Made by a program: the position numbers and the translations under genes. Below the pieces are notes generated by a model. That model had not been told where the DNA came from. It saw nothing but the letters and a program-made list of their open reading frames with translations, and did not search any database. 59,181 bases of DNA, from NCBI GenBank assembly GCA_018401135.1, contig JAGYLL010000001.1, forward strand, positions 1 through 59,181, given 5' to 3'. How positions within the stretch are numbered: the first letter of the stretch is position 1; each line of letters opens with the position of its first letter. Shown here in pieces: positions 8,497 through 18,810 of the stretch. The DNA is from Candidatus Moraniibacteriota bacterium. Its GTDB lineage: Bacteria > Patescibacteriota > Minisyncoccia > Moranbacterales > GCA-2747515.

Positions 8497-8576
8497 CCGT
8501 CGGAGAATCGAGAAGAATTTTCTTTTGGTAACAACCAAACAGAGAAACTCTTCCTCGTATTCTCCGGCGGTTTTTT
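8497..8576 (+). terminator. structured 3' element ending in a T-tract
   Basis: ccgtcggagaat (8497-8508) pairs with attctccggcgg (8559-8570, one G-U), enclosing small hairpins (ttggt/accaa), then tttttt (8571-8576). Confidence 0.45.
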
Positions 8577-8596
8577 ATTTTGCAAAAAAATGATAG

Positions 8597-8636
8597 AAAA
8601 AATGCTCCCGAAACGTGTGGGAGCATTTTTATTTTT
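8597..8636. terminator. bidirectional terminator between the island and htpX
   Basis: aatgctccc / gggagcatt stem flanked by an A-run and a T-run. Confidence 0.65.
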
Positions 8637-8649
8637 ACGGAACATCTTT

Positions 8650-9543
8650 TTACTGCATTTCAAGAGCTTTGATACGATCTTTAAGAGGGGGATGACTGGA
8701 AAAGAGAGAAAGGAAGGGAGAAGGCTTGTCAGATATTTTCATCGTAGCAAACGCTTTTCCTCGAGTATCTGCGAGTTGATTTTGGAGGAGTTCCAATTTT
8801 TGCAAGGCTTGTATCATTTTTGCTTTTCCGAGGAGTTTAGCACTTCCTGTATCAGCACGAAATTCTCTTTTTCGAGAAAAAGCCATAACGACAGTACTTG
8901 CCAATATTCCAAAAAGAATTTCAAAGACTATTGAGGTGAGTGTGTAGGCTAGTGTACCGATACCATCTTCTCTATCTTTACTGAGAAAACTTTGTACAGC
9001 ATAGGCGGCTATCCGTGCAAAGAATATGACGAAGGTATTTACTACTCCTTGTATAAGGGTGAGTGTCACCATATCACCATTGGCGACGTGAGAAATTTCG
9101 TGTCCAAGCACTGCTTCGATTTCTTCTTTTTCCATTGCGTTGAGAAGTCCCGAAGATACAGCTACGAGAGCATTGTTTTTGTTCCACCCTGTAGCAAAGG
9201 CATTGGCTTCTGGAGAATCATATATACCCACTTCAGGCATACCGATAGAGGCTTGTTGTGCCAGAGATTGAACGGTTTGGAAAACAAACTGCTCATCGGC
9301 ACTGCGAGGTTGCTGTATGATTTGTATATTGAAGGCTTTTTTTGCCATCCACTTGGAGATGAAGAGGGATATAAATGATCCTGTAAAACCAAAGAGCGCT
9401 GAGAAAATCAAAAGACTTTGATAGTTGAGACCTGAGGCAGAAAGATACGGCGCTACATTGAATACACTCAAAACGATGGAGATAACCGCTATCACCGCTA
9501 TATTGGTAAGCAGAAAGAAAAAAACCCGTTTAAATAAAGACAT
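8650..9543 (-). CDS. htpX: zinc metalloprotease HtpX (M48 family)
   Basis: 297 aa; N-terminal TM helices; HEISHVANGD zinc motif. Confidence 0.9.
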   Translation of the reverse strand: MSLFKRVFFFLLTNIAVIAVISIVLSVFNVAPYLSASGLNYQSLLIFSALFGFTGSFISLFISKWMAKKAFNIQIIQQPRSADEQFVFQTVQSLAQQASIGMPEVGIYDSPEANAFATGWNKNNALVAVSSGLLNAMEKEEIEAVLGHEISHVANGDMVTLTLIQGVVNTFVIFFARIAAYAVQSFLSKDREDGIGTLAYTLTSIVFEILFGILASTVVMAFSRKREFRADTGSAKLLGKAKMIQALQKLELLQNQLADTRGKAFATMKISDKPSPFLSLFSSHPPLKDRIKALEMQ

Positions 9544-9631
9544 AAGAATAAAATTATTGTTTATTACGACTCTCTCTGAAACACGAAAACATTTTTCTGT
9601 GACCCATTAAGAGAGTACAATCAACTATATA

Positions 9632-11029
9632 CTATTCTTTCTTTTTGTGGAAGAGGGGATGAGTAGTGTACGTTCCCAAAGCACCTCCAATCATTGCCCA
9701 AAGAATCCATTGCGCCATAGTCGATCGCAAAACATGATCCGTAAAACTGAGGAGGAGGAGGGAGGTGATGAGTGCCCAGAGGAGAAGAAATATATCAGAT
9801 GCTTGTTGGGTATGTTCGTCGTGAGGATTGCGAGAAGAAAAAAATCGTTTTCTTTTCCAAAGAATCCAAAGAGGAATGAGTGAGAAAAAAAGAAAAACCC
9901 CAAGTCCAATATACCCACCCTCTACGAAAGATCGAACGAATTCGCTATGAGGATCATTGACGACAAAACGTAGTCCTCGGAGATCTTCGGCAACCTGTTC
10001 AAAGGTATTGAGTCCATAGCCAAAAACTTCTCGATTTTCTTGAAATGTTTTAGAAATAGTGTCATTCCAGAGATTGACACGCCATACGAAAGAGCTTGAG
10101 GGAGAGAAATTAAAGGCATCATAGACACGATCTTGTATAGTAGGAGAGGTGAAGAAAAGAACTAATGGCGTGATAATAAGAAAAGGAATGGCTTTGGGAT
10201 ATTTGAAAAGTGTGAAGAGTCCTACAAAAACAAAGAATGTTGCCCACGAGGCTCGTGCATAGGTAAAGAGTAGGGTAAGAAAAAGAATTCCCAGGGGGAA
10301 TAAAAGAAGGAGTCTTCGCTTTTTGTCAGGAAGAAGAATAAAGAGAGACAAAACTGCTCCCATAGCTATGATAAGATAGAGAGCGAAAATATTGGGATGA
10401 GCAAATGTCCCATACATACGCGGGACAGAAAAAGCAACATCAGTATAGCCGATACCAAAGAAGAATTGCATCCATCCTGTAAGTACAGGAACGAGCGTAG
10501 AAAGGGTGATAGCAAGGAGAAGTCGAATGAATTGTTTTTTACTTGTTATGAGATAGTAAGAAAAAGCAAATATGAAAAATATAGAGAAAAGGCGGAAGAG
10601 TTCATAGAGAGTTTTTGAAACATTTTCACTATACAAAAGAGTGAGCGATCCCCAAAGAAGGAGTGTGGTGAAAACGAGAGAAAGAGGCATTTTCCAAAAC
10701 GTTTTTCTTTTTTGTATAAAAAAAAGTATTCCAAGACAAACGACCATAGCACCAAATCCCTGAGCGATGCTCACGGAAAAATTTTCAGTAAAAGGAATGA
10801 TAAATGTTGTCGTTTCAGAAATGCGATCGAGACTTGGGCGTATGATAAGAAGTGCTTCGAGAAGGATAATGGGAGAGAGAAAGAAGAGTAGGGGAAAAAG
10901 AGGGCTTATTCCTACGATGAGTGCATTGATAAGAGGAAAGCCTGCTCCTAATGCTCCTATAAAAAGAAGAGAACATAGGGCAATACCGAGAGAAAGAGCA
11001 CCAAAAGCGTAAGAAGGACGAGAAGTCAT
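9632..11029 (-). CDS. O-antigen ligase/polymerase-like membrane protein (Wzy_C type)
   Basis: 465 aa, polytopic; family-like loop GYGLNTFEQV...DPHSEFVRSFVEGGYIGLG. Confidence 0.7.
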   Translation of the reverse strand: MTSRPSYAFGALSLGIALCSLLFIGALGAGFPLINALIVGISPLFPLLFFLSPIILLEALLIIRPSLDRISETTTFIIPFTENFSVSIAQGFGAMVVCLGILFFIQKRKTFWKMPLSLVFTTLLLWGSLTLLYSENVSKTLYELFRLFSIFFIFAFSYYLITSKKQFIRLLLAITLSTLVPVLTGWMQFFFGIGYTDVAFSVPRMYGTFAHPNIFALYLIIAMGAVLSLFILLPDKKRRLLLLFPLGILFLTLLFTYARASWATFFVFVGLFTLFKYPKAIPFLIITPLVLFFTSPTIQDRVYDAFNFSPSSSFVWRVNLWNDTISKTFQENREVFGYGLNTFEQVAEDLRGLRFVVNDPHSEFVRSFVEGGYIGLGVFLFFSLIPLWILWKRKRFFSSRNPHDEHTQQASDIFLLLWALITSLLLLSFTDHVLRSTMAQWILWAMIGGALGTYTTHPLFHKKKE

Positions 11030-11049
11030 AAATGTGGTATATTAAAAAT

Positions 11050-12267
11050 ATGAAAATACTTCTTATTAATAAATTTCACTATGTGCGAGGAGGTGCTGAA
11101 CGTGCTTATTTTGACACGGCACATATTTTGAAGCAAAACGGACACGAAGTTGCCTTTTTCTCGATGCACCATCCAGAAAACAAAGAAACTCCTTGGGAAA
11201 AATATTTTATAAAAAACATTGACTACCATAAACAGTATAGCATACAAAAACGTTTTGAGCTTGCCTGTTCTATGATATGGAATTGCCAAGCACAACATCG
11301 ACTCGAATCACTTCTCAAAGCATTTCGTCCAGATATAGCACACCTTCATAATATTTATCATCAACTTTCTCCTTCGATCATCGCTACACTCAAAAAACAG
11401 GGCATCCCTACGGTTATGACGCTTCATGACTACAAATGCATTTCTCCCAACTATTCTTTGTATGTGCGAGGAAAGATTTGGGAAGGGGGAGCTTTGCAAT
11501 GTATCAAAGACCGATGCGTTCGCGATGCTTTTCTTCCAAGTGCTATTTGCTCTTTCGAACATATATTCCATTCTCTTTTGGGAACATATGCTAAAGTAGA
11601 TATGTTCTTTGCTCCAAGCATTTTCCTCCAGAAAAAGTTTGAAGAGAGAGGATTTAAAGGAATTATACGACATATTGATCAACCGATCATTCTCCCAGAA
11701 ATTCGCGAAGAAGGTGTGCGCGAAAAGCACCTTCTCTATGCCGGACGACTTTCTCGAGAAAAAGGAGTGGAAACACTTCTTTCTGCTCTCGTATATCTTC
11801 CGGACTGCACATTAAGAATCGCAGGAGAGGGTCCAGAGAAAAATACTCTCTACGCACTAGCTCATGAACTTGGTATTATAGATCGAGTACGTTTCCTCGG
11901 TCATCTTTCTTCTGAGAAACTCAAAAGAGAAATTTCATCCGCTCGAGCGATTGTTGTTCCTTCTGTGTGGTATGAAAATATGCCCTATGCGCTTATAGAG
12001 GCGCTTGGCGCTGGTCAAGTTGTAATTGCTTCACGCATAGGGGGGATGACGGAAAAAATTACCCATGGAAAAAATGGTTTTCTTTTCGAGGCCGGCAAAG
12101 TGAATGATTTGGTCTCTGTGATTTCCAAACTCGATCAATATGATCTAGGGAGTATCCGAAAAAGTGCAAGAGAAAGTGTGTCTCACCTCACACCCAAACA
12201 ATATTACAAAAATCTCCTCGCTCTCTATCAAGAGGTTTTGAGAAAAAAGACTACTCCACGAAAATGA
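11050..12267 (+). CDS. glycosyltransferase family 4 (GT-B fold)
   Basis: ORF from 11032, likely start MKILLINKF (11050); C-terminal E-x7-E region ENMPYALIEALGAGQVVIASRIGGMTEKITHGKNGFLFE. Confidence 0.85.
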   Translation: MKILLINKFHYVRGGAERAYFDTAHILKQNGHEVAFFSMHHPENKETPWEKYFIKNIDYHKQYSIQKRFELACSMIWNCQAQHRLESLLKAFRPDIAHLHNIYHQLSPSIIATLKKQGIPTVMTLHDYKCISPNYSLYVRGKIWEGGALQCIKDRCVRDAFLPSAICSFEHIFHSLLGTYAKVDMFFAPSIFLQKKFEERGFKGIIRHIDQPIILPEIREEGVREKHLLYAGRLSREKGVETLLSALVYLPDCTLRIAGEGPEKNTLYALAHELGIIDRVRFLGHLSSEKLKREISSARAIVVPSVWYENMPYALIEALGAGQVVIASRIGGMTEKITHGKNGFLFEAGKVNDLVSVISKLDQYDLGSIRKSARESVSHLTPKQYYKNLLALYQEVLRKKTTPRK

Positions 12268-12283
12268 AAAAAAGAATATCTCT

Positions 12284-12321
12284 ATGAAAGAAGAATATAT
12301 TTTAGAACAACATATCGAAAA
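12284..12321 (+). repeat. orphan duplicate of the ligA 5' end
   Basis: 36/38 identical to 12953-12990 (ligA codons 1-13); opens a 30-codon dead-end ORF. Confidence 0.85.
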
Positions 12322-12373
12322 TTTCAAAGGGGTGCTATATAAAAAAGTTTCTGATAAAAGTATAACTAGAGAA

Positions 12374-12412
12374 TAAAAAAAACGAACCCCGAAACGCAGA
12401 GTGCGCTCGGGG
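12374..12412 (-). terminator. Rho-independent terminator of the GC-enriched minus-strand ORF
   Basis: minus strand: ccccga...tcgggg stem followed by tttttttt. Confidence 0.65.
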
Positions 12413-12443
12413 CAGGATGTCCGCATTATACGGACAAAAGCGA

Positions 12444-12797
12444 TCAGGCGGGTCCGTCGTAGTCACCGGCATCGACGCCGTGATCAGAGGATGAATTGTT
12501 TGTCGTCTTTTGTTCCACAGGCTCATCTTCCGTAGGCGGGGGATTGTCCAGCTCAGGAAAGATCGCTGATATGGTTTTGAATATAAGGAGACGACGAGTT
12601 TCGGTTTCGGGGTTTTGTGCTGGGATCAATTCGGAGGTTTCTTTAAAAACCTTTTTATTGACAGTCATTTCACCGCTCCCAAAGACCACGATGGGATGTC
12701 CCTCAATAGTGACATCTATGACGCGTCCCGTCGGCATAGCGCTGTGCATTCCAAGGAATGTCACGTAATCACCCTTTGCGAACGTAATTTTCGCCAT
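12444..12797 (-). CDS. hypothetical protein, GC-enriched cassette gene
   Basis: 117-aa ORF MAKITFAKGDYVTFLG...; 37/60 G+C at 12421-12480; has its own terminator and a TTGACA-17-TTTACT box (12916-12888, minus strand). Confidence 0.55.
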   Translation of the reverse strand: MAKITFAKGDYVTFLGMHSAMPTGRVIDVTIEGHPIVVFGSGEMTVNKKVFKETSELIPAQNPETETRRLLIFKTISAIFPELDNPPPTEDEPVEQKTTNNSSSDHGVDAGDYDGPA

Positions 12798-12892
12798 GTT
12801 TTTTATCCGCCGTTTCTTAGACTGGCACGGATCTCTGTTTTTTGAAAGGATTTTCGTTGGTCGCCTATACTTCTTGTGCGACGTTTCAGTAA

Positions 12893-15073
<2,181 letters not shown>

Positions 15074-15113
15074 GTATTGTTTGAAGTATTTGAGGTGAAA
15101 ATGTAGAGTATAG

Positions 15114-16256
15114 AAAGTACTTATTGCATAAGGTCAGAAACATATTGCACTCTATGGTTTCATAGAGCCTATGCCTTTTTATCATAAAATACATTGCAAA
15201 TATCGAGGAATTCGAGGAATAATGACTGTTTATCATCATTACCTCAAATATCGATATATTATGATCACTGAAGACGCCCTGAAAAAAGTAAGAATTCTCG
15301 TATTCTGGGAGAGACACGGACTCAAAGCAACTCTCGATGCTTTCTCGGTCAAAAAAAGAACCCTCTATGTATGGAAGAAAAAATTTGAAGAATCTGGAGG
15401 AAAAATTGAATCACTGAGCAATACGTCTCGTGCACCCCAAAGAAAGCGTGTGAGACACTGGAATGAAGGAGTGATTGAAGAAGTTAAAAGAATCCGTTGG
15501 GAACATCCCAATCTCGGAAAAGAAAAGATATACCCCATACTTTTTATCTTCTGCCAAGAAAGAAATCTGAAATGTCCTAAAGAAAAAACTATAGGAAGAA
15601 TTATAAAAGATTTAGGAGGACTAAGAATTGCTCCACAAAAGATAACACACTTTGGAAAAATCAAACCAATCAAGCGAAAAAAGAAGAAGAGAAAGCCAAA
15701 AGACTTCATTCCAAAGTACCCAGGACATCTTGTAGCACTCGATACTATTGAAAAGCATATAAATGGTACAAGAAGGTATATCATTAGTTTTGAAGATATC
15801 TATACGAGATTCGGATTTGCTTGGGCAACAAAGTCCCATGCTTCTCAAGCTGCCACGGAATTCTTCACACTGTGCCAACAAGTATTTCCCTTTCCTATTA
15901 CGTTTGTTCTTACAGACAATGGATCTGAATTTCAAAAACATTTTTCTGAAAGACTCAAAGAGCTCCATATGACTCATTTTCATACCTACCCGAGAACTCC
16001 AAAGATGAATGCTCATTGTGAGAGATTTAATAGAACTCTCCAAGATGAGTGTATCGATTACCATGTCAAAGAACTCAAAGAACCAGAAGTCTTCAATAAA
16101 AGACTCATGGAGTATCTTGTGTGGTACAATACCCAAAGAGTTCACTTTGCTTTTAAGAATAAACTCTCTCCTGTACAATTCATTATTTCATTAGAGCCTT
16201 ATAATTATTATTTACCTCAAAAGTGCAATTTAGGGTGGCCTTATACATTTACTTGA
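15114..16256 (+). mobile_element. IS481-family-like insertion sequence (ends approximate)
   Basis: single HTH + DDE(rve) transposase ORF; imperfect terminal inverted repeats tgcataaggtcagaaacatattgcact (15125-15151) and agtgcaatttagggtggccttataca (16222-16247). Confidence 0.7.
15261..16256 (+). CDS. IS481-like transposase (integrase core, DDE)
   Basis: ORF from 15171, plausible start MITEDALKK (15261); rve-type core ...VALDT...LTDNGSEF...HCERFNRTLQDE. Confidence 0.8.
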   Translation: MITEDALKKVRILVFWERHGLKATLDAFSVKKRTLYVWKKKFEESGGKIESLSNTSRAPQRKRVRHWNEGVIEEVKRIRWEHPNLGKEKIYPILFIFCQERNLKCPKEKTIGRIIKDLGGLRIAPQKITHFGKIKPIKRKKKKRKPKDFIPKYPGHLVALDTIEKHINGTRRYIISFEDIYTRFGFAWATKSHASQAATEFFTLCQQVFPFPITFVLTDNGSEFQKHFSERLKELHMTHFHTYPRTPKMNAHCERFNRTLQDECIDYHVKELKEPEVFNKRLMEYLVWYNTQRVHFAFKNKLSPVQFIISLEPYNYYLPQKCNLGWPYTFT

Positions 16257-16324
16257 AATAAAATACGTTTTGATATAGGATATTTGAGCTTGTAAAGTTC
16301 TTTTTTCACAAAGAGAGGTCTCTA

Positions 16325-17533
16325 TGGCTGGTGTTGCTTTCAGTTCGAATGTTCAAAGCTCGTGCTAGCGAAGACATTTCTTACTATACTCGGTATGAGC
16401 GTTGGTATAGGAGCTATTCTTTTCCTTGTTTCTATTGGATATGGTCTCCAGAATGCTCTTTTGGAACGCATCACTACAGCGGATTCTCTTCTTACACTGG
16501 ATGTCACAGAAACAAAACTTAGCCTTATACCTTTAAATAATGATTATGTTGAATCTATCAAAAAATTAGAAAGAGGAGTTAAGGAGGTGAGTTTTGCTGC
16601 AAGTCCTTCAGGGAATATTTGGTGATCTTTCTGTTGATATGGCTATTGTAGCAACACAGCCAGAATTTTTTCGTCTTGGTGGCATTCAGTAGATACAGGA
16701 GAGATCTTTTCTGAAGAAAATCCAAAGTATTGTTATTACAACAGCACTGGCTTCTGTTTACACAATAAACAGAGAGCTTCTTGGGAAAGAAATACTTCTC
16801 TTTCTTTTTTTTGAACCCAAGAAGAAACAAATAAAGAGGAAATTAAAGAAGAGGAAGTGTCGATGAGTTTTTTGGAAGCAGCTTTTGAGAATTGACTCCC
16901 CCAGATCCTTACAGGATAACATCTGTTATTGAAAGTGAAGAAAGTTGTATATATATTTATTTTGATTCTGTGTCACAACTTCCTATAGAAGATTTACATG
17001 GGTAAGGTTCGATCTGATTCTTCTTCGGCTATGGCAAGATACGAGATGAAATAATGGACAAAGGTTTCTTGGTTTCTGCTTTGTCTGACACAGTAGATCA
17101 AACCAATAAAATATTTCAAATTATTCAACTTGTTCTTCTCTCTTTTAGTGTGATTGCTCTTGTAGTTAGTTAGCTATTGGAATGTTTAACACTATGACCA
17201 TAGCCTTGCTTGAGCGAACAGAGAAGTGGTATTATGAAATCTATCAGGCTTTTAATTTCGATGTTTCTCTCCTTTTGTTTTGGAATCTACTATTATGGGT
17301 CTTCTGGGTGGTATAGGAGGTCGTGTTGGGACAATTAGGGGAGAAATTATGAATTTTCTTATAAATCTTATAGCTACTCGATTTGGGGACAAGCGGTTGA
17401 TCTTTTTTATAGTCCGGGATGGTTTATTGCCCTTATTATTAGCGTTGGTGCTGTGGTTGGATTTTTTACAGGATTTTTACCAGCTCGTCGTGCCTCAAGT
17501 ATCGATCCTTTGGAAGCGCTTCGTTATAAATAG
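16325..17533 (+). pseudogene. FtsX/MacB-type ABC permease, multiply frameshifted
   Basis: family segments lie in different frames with stops between them: AKTFLTILGMSVGIGAILFLVSIGYG..., ALSDTVDQTNKIFQIIQLVLLSFSVIALVV, PGWFIALIISVGAVVGFFTGFLPARRASSIDPLEALRYK*. Confidence 0.7.
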
Positions 17534-17858
17534 AAAAGCGCAGAGGAGAAGAGTGTTCTCATGCGCTTTCTCGAGAGGGGGTTTTTCTAATTCTTTTCCC
17601 CCCCCTGAATCTTTTTCTTTGCCCCACCAATTCCCGGCGGGGGCTTGTGAGACCATACATCCGGTTCACACTCAAAGGGGACCACCCGTTCCCTAAAATG
17701 GTGCCGAAGAGTTTCGGAACTTTTTTGGTTTTGTGGATTTTTTTTCATTTTTCATCTTCCTTTTTTTAAAAAATGAAATCCTTTTTCCTAAAATACAAGG
17801 AAAAAAGGAGGTCTCCCAGTCTTTGCTGGTAAGAATAAGTATACCTATTTATCTCTAT

Positions 17859-17887
17859 TTGTCAAGTTTATAAACACTTGGTACACT
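17859..17887 (+). promoter_or_regulatory. sigma70-like promoter
   Basis: TTGTCA (17859-17864), 17 nt, TACACT (17882-17887), just upstream of ATG 17894. Confidence 0.4.
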
Positions 17888-17893
17888 GGATAT

Positions 17894-18589
17894 ATGATAT
17901 ATACTAAGCTTTTTTTTACAAAAGAAACCCCAGAAGAGCTAGGACGAAAATTTGTTGTATTAATTAAAAATAAACAGATCTTTCGTATAGCGACTATAAA
18001 CACGGAGTATCTTTTGGAAGCAAGGGGGAATAATGTTTTTAGAGAATCTTTGCTAGGCGTTGATATCTCTGTGTGTGATGGGATAGGAGTAAGGTGGTGG
18101 TATTTTTTCCGATATGGAGAAATTTTGAGAAGAATGACAGGGGTAGATATAAGTGAAATGTTTTTGGAGGCGTGTGATAAACAATCATCTTTGGTGTATA
18201 TTATAGTGCGTAAAGGAGGATTGAGTTTATCAGAAGAAATACGAAAGGTTCTTACACAAAAATATAAAAATATTGATTTTCGTATAGAGGAAGTAGAAAA
18301 AGAAAATATTTTTGGATGGGAAAAGATACAAAAAGAGATCCAAAGTGTTTCTCCTGATGGTGTTTTGTGTGGACTGGGTATTCCCGAGCAAGAACTCTTT
18401 CTTAAAAAATTACAGACACGGGGAGCAAAGACAATAATGATGGGTGTTGGGGGAACTTTTGATTTCTGGACAGGAAAACAAAAACGCGCACCTCTATGGA
18501 TGAGGCGCGCAGGATTAGAGTGGTTATGGCGATTTTCTTCGGATCCGAAGAGGATCACCCGATTTTTTGGTCGTCTCACCTCTCGATGA
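17894..18589 (+). CDS. WecB/TagA/CpsF-family glycosyltransferase
   Basis: 231 aa; TINTEYLLEA..., GVGGTFDFWTGKQKRAPLWMRRAGLEWLWRF, typical of WecG/TagA. Confidence 0.8.
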   Translation: MIYTKLFFTKETPEELGRKFVVLIKNKQIFRIATINTEYLLEARGNNVFRESLLGVDISVCDGIGVRWWYFFRYGEILRRMTGVDISEMFLEACDKQSSLVYIIVRKGGLSLSEEIRKVLTQKYKNIDFRIEEVEKENIFGWEKIQKEIQSVSPDGVLCGLGIPEQELFLKKLQTRGAKTIMMGVGGTFDFWTGKQKRAPLWMRRAGLEWLWRFSSDPKRITRFFGRLTSR

Positions 18590-18810
18590 GAGGGAGAACG
18601 ATGAATTTTAGAACAGCATAGGTAATAGGGAAAAGGAAAAGACTTATCCCTAGAATGAGGAGAAGACCGAAAATGGGTGAATCTTTACATTTTTCAAGAG
18701 TCATTTTTTTTGCTACTCGATGTTTTTTCACCTTGCTTTTTCCTCTCTTTTCATCGATACTGAAAGAACAAGGGTAGCGTACTAAAAAATACAATAATGT
18801 CAAGATATCT

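Larger units (their letters stand above)
5265..8576 (+). other. GC-rich compositional island (block 1 5265-7648, AT-rich spacer 7649-8032, block 2 8033-~8576)
   Basis: Hand counts: 5221-5280 = 17/60 G+C, 5281-5340 = 36/60, 8161-8220 = 37/60, versus 22/60 at 20281-20340. Long overlapping ORFs occur on both strands only in this region. Confidence 0.85.

Noticed and set aside
5265-8576. Diversity-generating retroelement or other retroelement as an explanation for the island
   Set aside because: There is no reverse-transcriptase-like ORF anywhere in the window, and I saw no template/variable repeat pair.
18576-18803. 75-aa minus-strand ORF with one TM segment between wecG-like and gltX
   Set aside because: It overlaps the wecG-like 3' end, has no SD, and its start would sit 7 nt from the gltX ORF. 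Possible, but unsupported.
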